A stretch of 64,000 bases of DNA from Candidatus Cloacimonadales bacterium (GTDB lineage Bacteria > Cloacimonadota > Cloacimonadia > Cloacimonadales > JAFGVF01), in assembly GCA_963667035.1 (NCBI GenBank), contig OY762964.1, positions 192,001 to 256,000 on the forward strand, given 5' to 3'. The notes beneath the pieces were generated by a model. That model saw nothing but the letters and a program-made list of their open reading frames with translations, was not told the DNA's origin and ran no database searches. The stretch's first letter is position 1. Each line of letters starts with the position of its first letter. Shown one piece after another: positions 39,247 through 49,473 of the stretch. A program made the position numbers and the translations under genes.

Positions 39247-39657
39247 ATGAGACATCGTGTAGCCGGAAGAAAATTTGGTAGAGAAGCTGGACATCGCAAG
39301 GCTATGTTACACAATCTCGCCAAATCTATTATCGACCATGAACAAATCAATACAACCACTGCTCGTGCAAAAGAGATGAGATCTCTTGTAGAACGTCTTG
39401 TTACTTATGGTAAGAGAAATTCAGTGCACAGCAGAAGAATGGCTTTTAAAGTTCTGCAAGACAGAGCTTTGGTTAAAAAGCTATTCGATGACATCGCTCC
39501 GCGTTATACCGAAAGAAACGGTGGTTATACCCGTATCTATAAAAATGGTACACGCAGAGGTGATTGTGCTGAAATGTCTATCATCGAATTCGTTGAAGGC
39601 GAAGTTGTAGCTTCAGGCGATAATTCTATTAAAGCTGAAGAGTTAACTCAGGAATAA
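39247..39657 (+). CDS. rplQ: 50S ribosomal protein L17
   Basis: MRHR, TTTARAKE, RNGGYTRI. Confidence 0.98.
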   Translation: MRHRVAGRKFGREAGHRKAMLHNLAKSIIDHEQINTTTARAKEMRSLVERLVTYGKRNSVHSRRMAFKVLQDRALVKKLFDDIAPRYTERNGGYTRIYKNGTRRGDCAEMSIIEFVEGEVVASGDNSIKAEELTQE

Positions 39658-39680
39658 TTCTAAGTTAACCTAAATACATT

Positions 39681-39711
39681 AAAGGCTGTATCCTATAGGA
39701 TGCAGCCTTTT
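39681..39711 (+). terminator. Intrinsic terminator of the alpha operon
   Basis: AAAGGCTGTATCCT-at-AGGATGCAGCCTTT T. Confidence 0.85.
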
Positions 39712-39782
39712 CTCATATACTAAAACTTCCCACAGAAATAACTTGTAAAGAAAACTGACTCTGAAAGATAGGCACATAATAA

Positions 39783-40712
39783 ATGTTTGGAGTATACCTA
39801 GGAATGTCAGATAAAACCAAAGGATTCATATTTGCAGTTATAGCCCTTTTTTCATGGGGGATTCACGGACCGGCAGGACGCTGGTTATCAGTTAACGGGG
39901 TTGATCCCTATTTCGTGTTTGCTACTCGACTATGGATTGGTACTGCAGTATTGTTTGGTTTCTTGGCGGCTAATAAAGCTTTAAACTTCACAATCTTAAA
40001 GAAGCATTGGAAACACATTACTCTTGTTTCTTTGATTGGCATCTGCCTCAATTCTGCGTTATATCATGTAAGCCTGGTTTATCTTCACGGAACTCTTGTC
40101 ATGATTCTTGAGAATTTATCGCCTGTTTTCGTGTTTATTCTTTCATCCTTGATACTTAAGGTTAAGCCTACTAGAACTCAGCTAATTTCCTTGATTATTT
40201 CGCTTTCCGGGCTATATGTGATTATGATGGGGAAGGGGAGTTTCCCTGAATTAGGTGACACTTATGGATTGGGTATTTTGTTAGGAGTGCTTACAGGACT
40301 CACCTTCGGTTGTTATGTGTTTTTCTCGGCAACACTGATGAGTCAGTATAAATCTTCACCAATGAGTATCATACAACTTCTTTTCTGCATCTTTTTGGTG
40401 TCTGCTGTATTGATGACGCCAATATTGTTTCTCCATCCCGGTGAGAAACCAAACACTACTACCGAATGGTTATGGTTACTTGAAATGGGAGTTTTCCAAT
40501 CAGGAGTAGCTTATCTCTTTTGGAACTATGCGCTTGCATATTTACCTGTAAACACATCGTCTGTAATCTTTGCTTTAGCCGTATTCTTCACAACTGTAAA
40601 TGAGATTTTATTCTTAGGTTTGAAAATAAATCCATCACTAGTTATGGGTGGTGTCTTAATTATGTTAGCTAGTTACCTATTAAGCAGAGAGAAGACAGTA
40701 GTAAAGAATTAA
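39783..40712 (+). CDS. DMT/EamA-family transporter
   Basis: About 10 hydrophobic segments in two repeats; SWG, LSPVFV, AYLFWNYAL motifs. Confidence 0.85.
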   Translation: MFGVYLGMSDKTKGFIFAVIALFSWGIHGPAGRWLSVNGVDPYFVFATRLWIGTAVLFGFLAANKALNFTILKKHWKHITLVSLIGICLNSALYHVSLVYLHGTLVMILENLSPVFVFILSSLILKVKPTRTQLISLIISLSGLYVIMMGKGSFPELGDTYGLGILLGVLTGLTFGCYVFFSATLMSQYKSSPMSIIQLLFCIFLVSAVLMTPILFLHPGEKPNTTTEWLWLLEMGVFQSGVAYLFWNYALAYLPVNTSSVIFALAVFFTTVNEILFLGLKINPSLVMGGVLIMLASYLLSREKTVVKN

Positions 40713-40918
40713 TAAAGCAGTCTGCCGACTTTGTCGTCATAGCAACTCAGGGGAGTTGCTGTGCAATAGTAGTGCATCTATACCTCTAAAATTTTGCTAT
40801 TTCCTTATTATAACCCACTATTATCATCCTTCTACCATCCTTTAGGGCGACTTCTAAAGACATTGGAATCAGATTGGTCCCACCAAGGAGCCTCCTTGGA
40901 CCCTCTTGGGCGAAAGCC

Positions 40919-40947
40919 AAAGTTGTCCACATTGTGTGGATAACTTT
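40919..40947. promoter_or_regulatory. Inverted pair of DnaA boxes
   Basis: TTGTCCACA (40923-31, 1 mismatch), 3 nt, TGTGGATAA (40935-43, perfect on minus strand). Confidence 0.55.
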
Positions 40948-41021
40948 CACCATAGAGTTTCTTTTGTCTTTAATAGTATTGCAGAAGGGGCGTAACAGGT
41001 TCATGACATATTCATTAAATT

Positions 41022-41175
41022 TGGCGAGTCACCCTTAAAAGTATCCACCCTAGGGAGGTCAAAGTTTTACCAAGAAAAATACTACGTAAACTACATGATA
41101 TAATATCATCAATAGAGACTGGTGTCTTTATGGGATATATACTTGATAAAAATGCAAAGTTAATGTTTCATCCAC
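41022..41175 (+). mobile_element. Solo left-end fragment of the IS481-like element
   Basis: Near-identical to 10613-10820 except for a 54-bp indel; no transposase follows. Confidence 0.88.
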
Positions 41176-41340
41176 AATACCTCTGTTTCAGAATACTGCT
41201 AGATATTATGTAATAGGAATTATTTCATACAATAAACTCTCCTGTAGAAATAATTAGCTTGACATTAGAAAAAATAGTGTTCGTTCTTGATTTATAGTTT
41301 CTTAAGAAAGAATCTATGTTTAACTCAAATGGAGGAAATA

Positions 41341-44300
41341 ATGAAAGATTATTTGATTTTATTATTTGCACTATTTGTGATTACGAGTCTATTTTCAGAC
41401 CCTGTCGCTCCAATAGGGCAGGGTACTGAAAATGATCCGTACCAGATAGCAAGTTTAGACAATTTGGAATGGCTTAATGACTTTCACCATGTCTGGAATA
41501 GCGGTGCACACTACATTCAAACAGCCGATATTGATGCTTCCAATACAGAAAGTTGGAATTATGGATTAGGATACTATCGAATAGGGGTAGGTAACAACAA
41601 ATTTTCAGGAGTTATGACGGACAGGGTTACAGTATTGTTGGATTATCCATAGATAGATACGGTTATGGGACAATAGGATTGTTTGGAGAGATAGAACATG
41701 CTATCATAAGAAACATAACGATGATTAATGCTTCAATTATAGGTGGGTCAGGAACAGGATGTATTGTAGGTAGTAGTTGGGATAGCATTATTGAAAACTG
41801 TGTTGTCTATGGTTCAGTTACCGGCATTGACAGTGTTGGTGGGATTATTGGACTAGCAACTATATATAGCACTGTTACTAATTGTACAAATCATGCATCA
41901 GTAAATGGCGAAGAAAACGTTGGTGGGATTGCAGGTTCAATAAACCATATAACACTGAGTTCATGCCAGAATTATGGTAATATCAATGGTATTGAGAAAG
42001 TCGGTGGATTATTCGGTTCTGGGAATGGATACGTTACAATCTGTGAAAATAATGGAAAAGTTAGTGGTGAGTATTATTGTGGAGGCATATCCGGAGAGTA
42101 TGGATATACACTTACGGATTGTTATAATACGGGTAACATAAGTGGTATTGCACGGATTGGTGGTCTTCTAGGTTTGTGTACTCATCAACTTCTAATAAAC
42201 TGTTACTCAACGGGTAACGTTACAGGAAGTGTAGAAGTAGGAGGATTAGTTTATAGAGATAATCCAATTCTTGACAATAGTTTCTATAATGCTGATACAG
42301 CTGTTATTATAGGAGAAGATGCTAATGAATATGGTGCATTGTCAGGTGAACTATTTGACGCATGGCTAGCAAATGACTTAGTTTTAAATCCAATTGATTT
42401 CCTTAGCTTTGACGGGCAAGATTATCTAATCAATAATGAAACCGAGTTTGATTGCTTAACCATTTTGGGAGCAATGGATGATGCAAGGTATAAACTAACT
42501 TCGGACCTAGATTTCTCGGGTCAAAATAATTATATGATCCCAATTTTTAAAGGTAGTTTGAATGGAAATGGTCATACAATAAGTAACTTGACTATTGATA
42601 ATCCTGTAGATGAATATATTGGCTTGTTTCGTAATCTACTAAATGCAGAAATCACTAATCTAAATTTAGAGAGCATAAGAATATTTGATGGAGCTCATGT
42701 TGGGAGCTTAGCAGGATGTGCAGAGAACTCAACTATAATCAATTGCGACGTAACCGCAGATATTGATGATACAGTTTTTTCTGTAGGTGGTTTTATCGGG
42801 AGTATTTCAGATTCTGAAATTACAAATTCAACCTTCACAGGTTCAATATATGCTCAATCCGGTGTAACCGGAGGAATAGTAGGATCAGCATTGGAAAACA
42901 GTGCAATAATCAATTGTGAAGCTACATTAGAGTTTCTAAGAGGTCGTTGTTTAGGTGGGATAACAGGTTATAATGCTAACAGTCATATTTTGAATTGTAA
43001 TGTTACCGGCAATGTTTATGGATATGATGGACCTACCGGTGGACTTGTTGGGAAAAATGTTGAAGATGGAATAATTGAAAGCTGTTATGCCAACATTGTA
43101 ATTAATGATGACAGTCCTATTTGTGGAGGTCTAGTTGGTGAAAATTTTGGTACTATTTCTAACTGTCATGTTTCAGGTACTGTAAATGGAGAGAATAAAG
43201 TTGGAGGTTTACTTGGTCTTGCAGAAAAGGGAGCAGTCGTTAATTGTACTAGCACATGTGATGTTAATGGGATTACTATAGTTGGAGGATTGATTGGTTT
43301 AGTCGCAGATTGTAATATTGAGGATAGTTTCTATAATATTGACACAGTGTTAATAAACAATGAGCATAGACTGACTGTATGTGGTTTGCCTACTCCATTA
43401 TACAATGAGTGGATTAGTGGAGTTGGATTAGATATAGATAGCTACTTAATGCAGACTGATGGCAGGTACCATATTGAAACTGTAGATGATTTGAAATTAT
43501 TGAATTATTTCGGTCAATATGATTATGATTTATCCTTGTTAACGATTTGGATTTAAGCTCTGAGTCGAACTTCTTTGTAACCTATTTCAAAGGTAGTTTT
43601 GATGGTAATGGTTTAACAGTGAGTGGTCAACACGTCTCGGAATCCATAAACTCAACAATAGGATTGTTTGGTGTTTTACAATCATCACACATTCATAATT
43701 TGAATGTAGCACAATTCGATTTATTAAGTTGTGATTACACAGGAGGTTTAGCCGGAAGCTGCTATAACTCAAATATCAATGACTGTAACACAATAGGGAT
43801 TATTGATGGTAGAAACACAGGTGGATTCATTGGTAGAATTGAAGATTCAGAAATCAGATATTGTTCTACAGAAAGTACTGTTTCAGGATCATATAGAAGC
43901 GGTGGATTCACAAGTATGAGTTCAAGGAGTATAATTTCGGATTGTTATAGTTTAGCTAATGTATCAAATGCTATATTGTCTGCAGGATTTGTTGGTGAAT
44001 CCAATGATGATATCTCAATATCAAATTCATATTGTGCCGGAACTATTAACATGAATGGAAGGCAATATGGTGGTTTCTCTCTTTTTTGCTATGATGAGAT
44101 AACAAACTGTTTTTGGAATGATGATATCTCTGGAAACAGTAATTATTCTAGTGGAACACCTATTTCCACTGCTGAGATGCAGGATATAAATACATTCCTA
44201 TTATCTGGCTGGGATTTTATCGGTGAAGAAGAAAATGGAAGCCAAGATATCTGGAATATTAATCCACGATTAAACAATGGTTACCCATTCCTTACACACA

Positions 44301-44623
44301 TTGCTACCGATATTGCAGATGATGAAACTATACAGGAATTAAAGCCTCAAACAAAACTTTTGGGTAACTACCCCAATCCTTTCAATCCGGAGACTACTAT
44401 TAAGTTCTCATTAGCTGAGGATGAAAATGTCAGGATTGATATTTATAATATTAAGGGACAATTAGTTAATACGATAGTCAACGAACAACTCAAAGCAGGA
44501 GATAATGTTATAGTTTGGAGTGGTAAAGATGTGCATAATAAACCTACTGCTTCAGGAGTATATTTTTATCGTTTAAAGACTAAGGATAAAACGTTTGTGC
44601 GGAAGATGATGTTGATGAAGTAA
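41341..44623 (+). CDS. Secreted GLUG-repeat protein with T9SS-like CTD, split by two apparent 1-nt deletions
   Basis: GGAGGA RBS, signal peptide, GTENDPYQI, YIQTADID, many VGGLVG-type repeats, NYPNPFNPET...SGVYFYRL...KMMLMK; -1 frame changes near 41609 and 43530 join three ORFs. Confidence 0.8.
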
Positions 44624-44701
44624 GACTCTTATATACTTGCCGGCATTAACTTCATCATTCCTGCTCCATTGCTTCTCTAAGGTGCATGTCTGATGAATAC
44701 T

Positions 44702-44817
44702 ATATGCACAGTAAAGAAGTGTGGATAAATTACTTTCTTTAGATAACTTATCCACAATCCGCACCCGAGGGAGTTCCTCTATCAAGCTCTAATAGTCGTG
44801 ATGTGGAATGTGGGTAG
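44702..44817. promoter_or_regulatory. DnaA-box cluster
   Basis: Perfect TGTGGATAA (44720-28) and TTATCCACA (44748-56); degenerate boxes at 44702, 44738, 44802, 44809. Confidence 0.55.
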
Positions 44818-45074
44818 GTTATTAATGTTATCTATCAAACAAGAGTTTCTACCAATGCTAGGACTTGGCATTTTCTCTATCACTAAATCTAATGTCTGAG
44901 AAGTAGTGAAACATTGTAATGCAAAATGAGCCTATTATAAAAGATCGTTGAAATAGAATTAAAACTATAGAGTTGTAAAGCAAAAAAACATAACAAAAAA
45001 CATATTGACAAGTAGAGATAAATGTTTTAACTATTAATGTTTGGTGGAAACAATTAAATGAGAAGGGAGATTCT

Positions 45075-45884
45075 ATGAAAAAGTACTTGATAATGCTACT
45101 AATATCGTTAGTAGCAATCAGTTTAATGTCCTACTCCTCAGTAGATGATTTTACTGGTGATAAGATAGGGGCACGTTCTACAAACCCACGTATTACTGAA
45201 ATAGCTCATGTTACTTCTAATCCAACATTAACAGTAAATGAGCAACAGGCAAAACAACTCTGGGATAGCTTGTTTACAACCCTTATCTCGGAAGGGAACC
45301 ACGAAATACTTGAGGGTACAAGTGTTGAAGATTGGGTATGCTTTACCCCTAAAGAGATAGTTTCTAAACAGTATAAAGATGCTCACATTTTTTATATGCA
45401 AAACTTATTGAATTTTGAAACTGCTAGATTTATGTGTGCAACCTATAATAATAAGATTTATCTTTTACCAGTTCATCTGCAACATCTTATGGATGATATG
45501 GGAGAAGTAATGAACAAAACAAATCTAAGTTTCTATACAAATCTTTGGGTAAAACTTTCAGTATCTTCAGCTATAACAATAACTGATAGTACTGACATGG
45601 TAGCAGATTCGACTTTTGCTCGCAAGAAATATAGTTTCTGGGAAGAGAGGAATGGACAGAAATATGAATGTTTTATAATATATGGTGCAGACATAAGTAG
45701 AATCAAGTATATAGAATTCAATATGCTTTATTTATGGGAAGAAGATCCTAATCCTATTTCAAGTCCTTCCATTATTTATGATGTAGACCCCAGACATATG
45801 TGTCATTTACCGAGTAGTATATATCATTTAATAATACCGCTTTCATTTCCAAGTTCACCGATTCTGATTCCTGATAATAAGTGA
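45075..45884 (+). CDS. Hypothetical exported protein
   Basis: GGGAGA RBS; MKKYLIMLL... signal peptide; no recognisable domain. Confidence 0.65.
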   Translation: MKKYLIMLLISLVAISLMSYSSVDDFTGDKIGARSTNPRITEIAHVTSNPTLTVNEQQAKQLWDSLFTTLISEGNHEILEGTSVEDWVCFTPKEIVSKQYKDAHIFYMQNLLNFETARFMCATYNNKIYLLPVHLQHLMDDMGEVMNKTNLSFYTNLWVKLSVSSAITITDSTDMVADSTFARKKYSFWEERNGQKYECFIIYGADISRIKYIEFNMLYLWEEDPNPISSPSIIYDVDPRHMCHLPSSIYHLIIPLSFPSSPILIPDNK

Positions 45885-46148
45885 AACAATGTAATGTAAA
45901 GTGGACTTATCACTAAAGATCGATAAAATAAGATTTATTAACAGTATTAAATACCTTCAATTGAGTATAGTATGCAATTGCAAACTCCTTTTTTACATTG
46001 GATTAATTTTGAAATCGGATATTATTAAGTGGCTATTAAGGCATATAATAACTACCCCTTTATGATATAGTATAAAAAACACTGTTAGTGTTGACAAAAA
46101 ATGAGGAGTTAAAAATGTAAAAAAAATATTATCATAGAGGAGACTATA

Positions 46149-47135
46149 ATGGACGTTTTAGCTGATTTTAGGATGAAAGCAAAAGCTCTTAAGGGAAAAG
46201 TTGTATTTCCCGAAGCTTATGATGAGAGAACATTGCGAGCAACAGAAGCCGTACTTAAAGAAGAAATGGCTAAGGTTGTACTCATTGGAGAAGAAACAAC
46301 TATACTTGCAAAAGCTAATGAACTTGAGTTAAACATTTCTCAAGCTGAAATCATCAATCCTGAGACTTACGATATTTCTGAGTTTGCAGAGTTTTTCTTC
46401 GAGAAACGCAAGAAAAAAGGAATAACAAAAGAACAGGCAATCGAAACAGTTAAAGAACCATTATTCTTCGGTGCTCTCTTAGTAAAATACGGAATAGTAA
46501 ACGGTATGGTTGCAGGTGCTGCAAATACAACCGGTGACGTTCTGAGAGCAGCTCTTCAAGTAGTAGGTGTTAAACCCGGATTAAAAACAGTTTCCAGTAG
46601 TTTTATAATGGTTACACCTGATTTCCTTGGAAGCGATAAAATATTCCTCTTTGGAGATTGTGCCGTTGTGCCTAATCCAGATGCGGAACAACTTGCAGAT
46701 ATAGCTATATCAACAGCAGCTACACGTAAAGCCTTAATAGGCGACGAACCTAAGGTGGCCCTTCTCTCTTTTTCAACAAAAGGTAGTGCTAAGCACGAAT
46801 TAGTTGACAAAGTTTTACAGACTAAGGAAATTATAGAGTCCAGAAATCCGGATTTTGAATTTGATGGTGAGTTACAACTTGATGCTGCAATAATCCCATC
46901 GGTAGGATCAAAGAAAGCTCCCGGTAGTACAATAGCCGGAGAAGCCAACGTATTGATATTCCCTGATCTTCAAGCAGGAAATATCGGATATAAACTTGTT
47001 CAACGCTTTGCTAAAGCAGAAGCGATTGGTCCTATTATTCAAGGTTTAGCCGCTCCGGTATGTGATTTATCCCGTGGTTGTTCATGGGAAGACATCTATA
47101 ATACAACAGCGTTAGTTTTATTGCTCTCTAAATAG
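46149..47135 (+). CDS. pta: Phosphate acetyltransferase
   Basis: VVFPEA.DER, GDCAVVPNP, LSFSTKGS, DGELQLDAA, FPDLQAGNIGYK, DLSRGC. Confidence 0.97.
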   Translation: MDVLADFRMKAKALKGKVVFPEAYDERTLRATEAVLKEEMAKVVLIGEETTILAKANELELNISQAEIINPETYDISEFAEFFFEKRKKKGITKEQAIETVKEPLFFGALLVKYGIVNGMVAGAANTTGDVLRAALQVVGVKPGLKTVSSSFIMVTPDFLGSDKIFLFGDCAVVPNPDAEQLADIAISTAATRKALIGDEPKVALLSFSTKGSAKHELVDKVLQTKEIIESRNPDFEFDGELQLDAAIIPSVGSKKAPGSTIAGEANVLIFPDLQAGNIGYKLVQRFAKAEAIGPIIQGLAAPVCDLSRGCSWEDIYNTTALVLLLSK

Positions 47136-47158
47136 TAGAGCCTAACGTAAAAGGAGAG

Positions 47159-48364
47159 ATGATGCCTATTCAATTGTCCCGCCAAATAAGAAGGATAAAG
47201 CCTTCTCCAACTTTAGCTATTGCCGCTAAAGCTAACCAAATGCGAAAAGATGGTATAAATGTCATCAATTTTGGTGTAGGCGAACCCGATTTTAACACAC
47301 CTGACTACATTAAAGATTATGCCAAACAGGCTATTGATGAAAACTTTACCCGTTATACACCTACTCCTGGAGTTCCCGAGCTTAAACAATTGATTTGTGA
47401 TAAGCTGGAAAAAGAGAACGGATTAAAGTATGAAACGAATCAAATAATTGTTTCTCCCGGTGCTAAAGCTTCAATCGCTTTTGCTTTGAGAGCAATATGT
47501 GATTCTCATGATCAGGTTATTGTTCAGACCCCATACTGGGTAAGTTATCCGTATCAGATAGAATTAGCAGAAGCAGAACCCCTTTACATCGAAACAACAA
47601 TTGATAATGGATTCAAGATAGTAGCTGAAGAATTAGAGGACTTAATAAAATCCAATCCAAGAGCTAAAGCTCTTATCCTCAATTCACCCGGAAATCCTAC
47701 AGGAGCAGTATATACAAAAGCAGAACTTGTCTCGATTGCAGGTGTATGCTTAAGACATAATATTGCGATCATCTCTGATGAAATTTATGAGAAACTTGTG
47801 TATGATGGTGTAAAGCATGTTTCAATTGCTTCACTTTCAGAAGAAATAAAAGAGAATACAATTGTAATAAACGGATTCTCAAAAGCTTATGCTATGACAG
47901 GTTGGAGATTAGGTTATTTAGCCGCTCCAACGGAGATTGCTTCAGCTATCTCAAGAGTTCAAGGTCATATAACTTCTAACGCTTCCTCCGTAAGCCAGAA
48001 GGCAGGAATTGCAGCTTTGGCAAAGGACGACGGATCAATTGAGAGAATGAGACTTGAATTTGAAAAGAGAAAAGGCTTTTTGAGAGACGAACTCTTAAAA
48101 ACTCCAGAAGTAAAATGTTCTCAGCCGTCAGGTGCTTTCTATATGATGGTGGATATCAGTGCTTATTTGAAGAATAATTCGAAAGGAGTTAAAGGAAGCA
48201 ATGCTCTTTGTGAGTACTTACTTGAAAATTATCAGATAGCTGTTGTTCCCGGTAGTGCTTTTGGAGCTGATAGTTATGTTAGATTCTCATACGCAAACAG
48301 TATGGAGAATCTTTCTGAAGGTGCTAAAAGATTTAAAGAAGGAATGCAGAGTCTAAGAGACTAA
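47159..48364 (+). CDS. PLP-dependent class I/II (aspartate-type) aminotransferase
   Basis: GEPDFNTP, NSPGNPTG, SDEIYE, GFSKAYAMTGWRLGY. Confidence 0.95.
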   Translation: MMPIQLSRQIRRIKPSPTLAIAAKANQMRKDGINVINFGVGEPDFNTPDYIKDYAKQAIDENFTRYTPTPGVPELKQLICDKLEKENGLKYETNQIIVSPGAKASIAFALRAICDSHDQVIVQTPYWVSYPYQIELAEAEPLYIETTIDNGFKIVAEELEDLIKSNPRAKALILNSPGNPTGAVYTKAELVSIAGVCLRHNIAIISDEIYEKLVYDGVKHVSIASLSEEIKENTIVINGFSKAYAMTGWRLGYLAAPTEIASAISRVQGHITSNASSVSQKAGIAALAKDDGSIERMRLEFEKRKGFLRDELLKTPEVKCSQPSGAFYMMVDISAYLKNNSKGVKGSNALCEYLLENYQIAVVPGSAFGADSYVRFSYANSMENLSEGAKRFKEGMQSLRD

Positions 48365-48567
48365 TGGATAATTTCAGAGAGAAAGTACAAACCCGATTTG
48401 AGGATCGACATAAAAAAGCAAAACGATCTTGGAAGAAACTCATAATAAAAATAGCTGCTCTTATTTTGATAGTAGTTGTTATAAGAGGTTTCTCAGGTGA
48501 GAGATTCAGATCAATCCTTAATTTTGGAAAATCAAATAATAGAATTGAAATAGATAGGAGTAATTAA
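48364..48567 (+). CDS. Small membrane-anchored hypothetical protein
   Basis: Coupled to neighbours by TAATG overlaps on both sides; one hydrophobic segment. Confidence 0.65.
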   Translation: MDNFREKVQTRFEDRHKKAKRSWKKLIIKIAALILIVVVIRGFSGERFRSILNFGKSNNRIEIDRSN

Positions 48568-49463
48568 TGAAATTGACCCTAGTCGGATCAATTGCTCTTG
48601 ATAGTATTAAAACACCGTTCGGAGAAGTCGAAGAAGCTTTGGGTGGTTCATCCGTCTATGCCTCATTGGCTGCAAGTCATTTTTGTAAACCTTGTGTTGT
48701 TGGTGTAGTTGGTGAAGATTATGATTGTAAAAACATAGAAATGCTCAATAGCAAAGGTATAGATACATCAGGTATTGAATTCACCTCTGGTAGAACCTTT
48801 CGTTGGAAAGGAGTCTATAATGATTTAAACAGAGCGGAGACATTAGATACTCAACTCAATGTTTTTGCAGATTTTAATCCTGTTCTATCGGAAGAGTATG
48901 CTACAAATGAATTTCTTTTTTTAGGGAATATTCATCCATCTTTACAATTAAACGTACTAAATCAGCTTGAGTGTTGCAAGTTAACGGCAATGGACACAAT
49001 GAACCTTTGGATTGATATTGCCAAAGAAGAATTGATTGAAGTTATAAAGAAAATTGACATTGTTTTTGTTAATGAAGATGAAGCTAAAATGCTTACGGGA
49101 AAAGAGAATGTTTATGAAGCTGCGGAAGATATACTGGCATTTGGTCCCAAACTCGTACTACTCAAGAGAGGGGAGTATGGTGCCATGGCAATTATGAGAA
49201 ACATGCTTTTCTTTGCTCCGGTATATCCTGTTAAGAAAGTTGTTGATCCAACAGGTGCAGGAGACAGTTTTGCAGGTGGCTTTATGGGTTATCTTGCAGG
49301 CAAAGGTGAGTTTAATGGCAAAAATGTAAAAGAAGCTGTGATATATGGAACCGTAATGGCATCTTTAGATGTTGAACATTTCAGTGTTGAAGGATTACAG
49401 AAGGCTTCAAATAAATATATTGAAGAAAGAAAACAGTGCGTGATTGATATCATATCAATGTAA
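48567..49463 (+). CDS. PfkB/ribokinase-family kinase
   Basis: VGSIALD, LGGS, VGVVGED, VNEDEA, DPTGAGDSFAGG. Confidence 0.93.
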   Translation: MKLTLVGSIALDSIKTPFGEVEEALGGSSVYASLAASHFCKPCVVGVVGEDYDCKNIEMLNSKGIDTSGIEFTSGRTFRWKGVYNDLNRAETLDTQLNVFADFNPVLSEEYATNEFLFLGNIHPSLQLNVLNQLECCKLTAMDTMNLWIDIAKEELIEVIKKIDIVFVNEDEAKMLTGKENVYEAAEDILAFGPKLVLLKRGEYGAMAIMRNMLFFAPVYPVKKVVDPTGAGDSFAGGFMGYLAGKGEFNGKNVKEAVIYGTVMASLDVEHFSVEGLQKASNKYIEERKQCVIDIISM

Positions 49464-49473
49464 CGAGGAGATT

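Noticed and set aside
40985..40997. 13-nt match AAGGGGCGTAACA to the end of the REP-like element (7985-7997)
   Set aside because: Too short, and the left arm of the hairpin is missing; cannot be told from chance
40786..41004. 72-aa minus-strand ORF
   Set aside because: No RBS or motif; overlaps hairpins and DnaA boxes that are better explained as non-coding
46038..46059. AAGGCATATAATAACTACCCCT resembling the IS1182 target hairpin
   Set aside because: Needs indels to align, the palindrome is lost, and no IS end is adjacent; probably chance
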